Below are positions 7,071-10,161 of a DNA stretch of 10,161 nucleotides, in pieces. The position numbers and the translations under genes were made by a program. Position 1 is the stretch's first letter; each line of letters begins with the position of its first letter. The notes beneath the pieces were generated by a model. It made no database searches. It was not told the DNA's origin and saw only the letters and a program-made list of their open reading frames with translations. Origin of the DNA: Candidatus Aenigmatarchaeota archaeon (lineage in GTDB: Archaea > Aenigmatarchaeota > Aenigmatarchaeia > QMZP01 > QMZT01); contig JAZDFI010000032.1 in NCBI GenBank assembly GCA_043808015.1, positions 1-10,161 on the forward strand, written 5' to 3'.

Positions 7071-9122
7071 TCACTTGACGAACAGCACGAACTTGACCAC
7101 CAGTATTATTATTATCAGGAAGACTATCAGAGCCAGCAGCATAACCTTGCCGGTGTTGCTGGACAGGTTGATAATGTTGCCCGTTATGCTCATGCCGTTA
7201 CCCTGCGGTTTCGTCTCTTCGGGCGGGACCATTCCCACACCGATTCTGAAGTCGAAGTCATGCTCGCCCGAAACCAGCGATGTCGCTTTCAGCTGCGCGT
7301 TGAACACGCCTTTCGCGACGTCGAGGCCGGGAGAAGCGTAGATGTAAGCGTAAGCTTCCTCGCCCGGGGCAAGCTCGAAAGAATCGTCGTTGAGGCTCAT
7401 CCAGCCGGGGCCTATCACTTCGGCTTTGTATGCATCGTTCCTTTCGCCAGTATTCTTCAGTTTCACTGCGATGGCAATGCCCTTGCCTGCATCGACAGTG
7501 TATGAGGGGCCTTCGCTCGTGAACTGCAGGTTGTAGCATTCGCTTTCCTTCTTGACCGTTATGTTGGCGGTCGCGTCCATTACCAAGTGTTCGGAAGCGA
7601 GCGTGAATGTTAGCTTGTTATTGCCTTCCGGGAAGCCTATTTTAACAGTAGTGGAGAACATCTTCAGTTCGCCGGGCGCCAGGCTTACGGAGCCGAGAAT
7701 CCCATCTTCGATTCCGATGGTGTAATTGTCCGCGAACTCGCCCGTGTTCTTGAGCGCGATGACGTAGGCGATTTCCTCGCCCGCGCACACGCTGGATGTC
7801 TGCGGGCTGACGCCGAACTCCGCCGCGTAGCAGTTCTTGAGCGCCAGCTGGACCGTGTTCTGGTCGCTTATTTCCCCGCTCTTGGCGGCCACGATAATGT
7901 CTTTTAGACCTTCATTTTCGGTGAAATCCTTGGTCTCAATCTTGAGCGTAAGCTCCTTTATCTCGCCCTGCTCTACAGTGACGGTGTCGCTATCCAGCGT
8001 CCCGATGTTCGAGCTGAGCGTGTAAGTGTCTTTCGCCATGCCCGTGTTCTTTACCGTGACCTTGTATTCCACCGGAAGGCCTTTGCACACTTCCTGCCTG
8101 GCAGGAGAAACAATGACAGCGACGCTCCTGCAAATTTTGCCTTCCATGGACGCTTTTAGCGTTTTGGAAAGCGTAGCCTGACCCTTTGAAGTTATCTTAA
8201 CGTCGAAACTCGTCTTGCCCTTGTTCTCCGGGAAGGCGTTCAGTTCGATGGTCTTCTGCTCGCCCTGAAGAACGGTAACATTCATTTGAGATGGCGAGAC
8301 CCATTGCGGCGAACTTACCGAATAAACATCAGCGGCCGTGCCCTTGTTGGTTATCGTGATTACGTATTTCGCTGAAGAACCGACGCACGCACTCGACTCT
8401 TTCGGCTCCATCGACGCGTCGAAGTCGTAGCACTTGTTGACATTGACTTGCGTGTATTTCTCGTCTTTCGCGTAAGACGTCTTGGAAACCGCCTTTACCG
8501 TGAGCTTGCCGCTCTCCTTTGGCGCGGTCAAGTCGAAAGCGATGTTCTTGCTCTTTCCCGCGTCTAAAGAAATCGTTTCCTTGTGAAGCTCTTTAGTGGA
8601 CCATGAACCGGTAACGGAAATATCAAATTCTTCTGTCTCTTTTCCGTTGTTGGCCACGGTGAAAGAATACTGGAAGTTCGCATCCATGCATATGTCCACC
8701 GTCTCCGGCGCCTGTACCGCGATTTCGTGGCATCTCAAGACTTCGACCTCAAGCATTTTGTAGGCCTCGTCAATCCCCGCTTTCGCCTTAACTTTCACGC
8801 TGTAAATGCCAGGCGTGTATGAAGGATTGACCCAGAACGTTAGCTTCTTCGCCTCGCCTGAGACCAGCGTCACGTCAGGCTGTATGAAGCCGTTGTCCGG
8901 CTGCGTCCATCCGGCAGGCAGTTCTAACGAAAGCGAGTATGTGTGAGTCACAACATCATTGTTCGATACTGTCAGCTCGACCGGTATCGCATATCCGGGG
9001 CAGCCGGATACCTTGTCTTTCGCGAGCGAAAGGCCTATGTTGGAATAGGCGCTCGCAAACGGCGCGATTGCGGCGAAAACGCTTAACAAAACGAATACAG
9101 CTAAAATCTTATCTGTCTTCAT
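7071..9122 (-). CDS. Secreted, C-terminally membrane-anchored surface protein with about 6 tandem Ig-like (CARDB/NEW3/COG1470-like) domains
   Basis: Signal peptide MKTDKILAVFVLLSVFAAIAPFASA, a repeated V/I-x-N-x-G...D-x-Y/F and L-x-x-GE pattern about every 100 aa, and a C-terminal hydrophobic helix. GGTGGTGG RBS upstream. Confidence 0.85.
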   Translation of the reverse strand: MKTDKILAVFVLLSVFAAIAPFASAYSNIGLSLAKDKVSGCPGYAIPVELTVSNNDVVTHTYSLSLELPAGWTQPDNGFIQPDVTLVSGEAKKLTFWVNPSYTPGIYSVKVKAKAGIDEAYKMLEVEVLRCHEIAVQAPETVDICMDANFQYSFTVANNGKETEEFDISVTGSWSTKELHKETISLDAGKSKNIAFDLTAPKESGKLTVKAVSKTSYAKDEKYTQVNVNKCYDFDASMEPKESSACVGSSAKYVITITNKGTAADVYSVSSPQWVSPSQMNVTVLQGEQKTIELNAFPENKGKTSFDVKITSKGQATLSKTLKASMEGKICRSVAVIVSPARQEVCKGLPVEYKVTVKNTGMAKDTYTLSSNIGTLDSDTVTVEQGEIKELTLKIETKDFTENEGLKDIIVAAKSGEISDQNTVQLALKNCYAAEFGVSPQTSSVCAGEEIAYVIALKNTGEFADNYTIGIEDGILGSVSLAPGELKMFSTTVKIGFPEGNNKLTFTLASEHLVMDATANITVKKESECYNLQFTSEGPSYTVDAGKGIAIAVKLKNTGERNDAYKAEVIGPGWMSLNDDSFELAPGEEAYAYIYASPGLDVAKGVFNAQLKATSLVSGEHDFDFRIGVGMVPPEETKPQGNGMSITGNIINLSSNTGKVMLLALIVFLIIIILVVKFVLFVK

Positions 9123-9284
9123 AAAACCACCACCAAAGAGCTTGGTTAATTATTATAACTTTTATTAAACTCTATGGAAGTGAAATTTTAAAAACAGATA
9201 TTGTTAACAGATTCCAAAAAGCGCTATCGGTTAATCGGATGGCGGTTTTGATAGCATCTCGAGAATTTTGTCGGCATTTGCGGC

Positions 9285-9599
9285 TTATACTTTCATTTTA
9301 GTACCGTTGTATACGATTATTTTCCAGCCGTCGTCCACTGGGATTTTATGAAGCCCTATGAAACCGTTTTTCAGGCGGTCTTCCGCTTCCTCGAAAGTGG
9401 ATAATGGATTCAGGCTTTCGAGATATCTTATGGCATGGCTGATCTGCTTCTCCGGAGGGAAGACTTCAGATATCTGGAATCCGGATTTTTCAACATCAAG
9501 AAAAACGTAGAATTTGGCGTCGGCGTTCTTCTGGCATATGCCAAGAACCTGGCCCCCTGCGGTGGAATATTTGGCCAGAACTTTTGAGCCGTAAGACAT
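9285..9599 (-). CDS. Hypothetical protein (104 aa)
   Basis: Co-oriented with neighbours and 18 nt downstream of the preceding ORF. No recognisable motif. Confidence 0.6.
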   Translation of the reverse strand: MSYGSKVLAKYSTAGGQVLGICQKNADAKFYVFLDVEKSGFQISEVFPPEKQISHAIRYLESLNPLSTFEEAEDRLKNGFIGLHKIPVDDGWKIIVYNGTKMKV

Positions 9600-9617
9600 G
9601 GAAATCCAACTCTGTGC

Positions 9618-9869
9618 CTATACCTGAATGTATTTGCCGCCGTTCTTTCCCTGATCCCACGTTTCTTTGGCGGCATGCACTGCTTCAGGGACAGAATCCG
9701 AAAACACAGCGGGTATTACAGGATTTCGTTCTCTAAGGATATTTTCGCTTACTGCCATGACATTTCCTTTTCCGTTACCTGTGATTAAAATCACTTCATG
9801 ACCTTTGTATGGAATTTCGGGAATGTATTTTCCGAAAAGAATTGAGGTTGAATCAAGACGTTGTACCAT
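9618..9869 (-). CDS. Hypothetical protein (83 aa), weakly HicB-N-terminal-like
   Basis: The ATG at 9869 is preceded by a GGTGAT RBS. Beta-beta-beta-helix pattern ending SDSVPEAVHAAKETWD. Confidence 0.6.
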   Translation of the reverse strand: MVQRLDSTSILFGKYIPEIPYKGHEVILITGNGKGNVMAVSENILRERNPVIPAVFSDSVPEAVHAAKETWDQGKNGGKYIQV

Positions 9870-9899
9870 ATTTATCACCATCATTTTATTCATTTATAC

Positions 9900-10161
9900 T
9901 TACCTGCGCATGAAGTCTTTGCCGCTCTTCGGGTATCCCGTGCCATCAGAATACCTGCCTGTCAGGACCCTCGATAGCCACTGCTCGCGGGTCATCCGGG
10001 GCGTTCTCTGGACGTTCTGAACACGCGGCGCTTGTGGCGCTGCATTCACCGGAACGCCTACAGAACCTTTCATCATCCTGGGCTGCGCCTGGGCCGAATA
10101 TTGCCCATAGTATGGAGTCCTGCGCTCGCCATAAACGTGGTCCTCGTATTTCTTGCCTTTT
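9900..10161 (-). CDS. C-terminal part of a hypothetical protein (starts beyond the window)
   Basis: Open frame from 10160 to the TAA at 9900-9902: KGKKYEDHVYGERRTPYYGQYSAQAQPRMMKGSVGVPVNAAPQAPRVQNVQRTPRMTREQWLSRVLTGRYSDGTGYPKSGKDFMRR. It is P/Q/R-rich and probably a disordered tail. Confidence 0.65.
   Translation of the reverse strand, partial: KGKKYEDHVYGERRTPYYGQYSAQAQPRMMKGSVGVPVNAAPQAPRVQNVQRTPRMTREQWLSRVLTGRYSDGTGYPKSGKDFMRR

Noticed and set aside
9119-9133. TGGTGGTTTTATG shared by the starts of the surface-protein gene and ino1
   Set aside because: Explained by a strong RBS plus spacer; too short to imply co-regulation.
9428-10020. ORFs 9428-9676 (-) and 9805-10020 (+)
   Set aside because: They overlap better-supported, non-overlapping minus-strand genes and have atypical composition.

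Overview
Archaeal chromosomal window. It has TATA-type promoters, GGTG/GAGG ribosome-binding sites and an RPA32-like gene; the overall style suggests a DPANN-type lineage, which is inference. In order: the 5' part of pdxS (absent from the ORF track), a PadR regulator divergent from ino1 plus a CDP-alcohol phosphatidyltransferase (probable archaetidylinositol-phosphate synthase), two small orphan genes, an RPA32-like OB-fold gene, a GNAT acetyltransferase, a DUF116 Cys-rich protein, a cis-prenyltransferase (uppS), a PHP phosphoesterase, a small orphan, a 683-aa membrane-anchored surface protein with Cys-paired Ig-like repeats, two more small orphans and a truncated ORF. No rRNA, tRNA, CRISPR array or mobile element was seen. 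The strongest unexplained signals are non-coding: (i) twin palindromes between padR and ino1 that look like operators, (ii) a 33-bp promoter element duplicated in front of the RPA32-like and GNAT genes, and (iii) paralogous promoters in front of two small ORFs that share a C-terminal motif.
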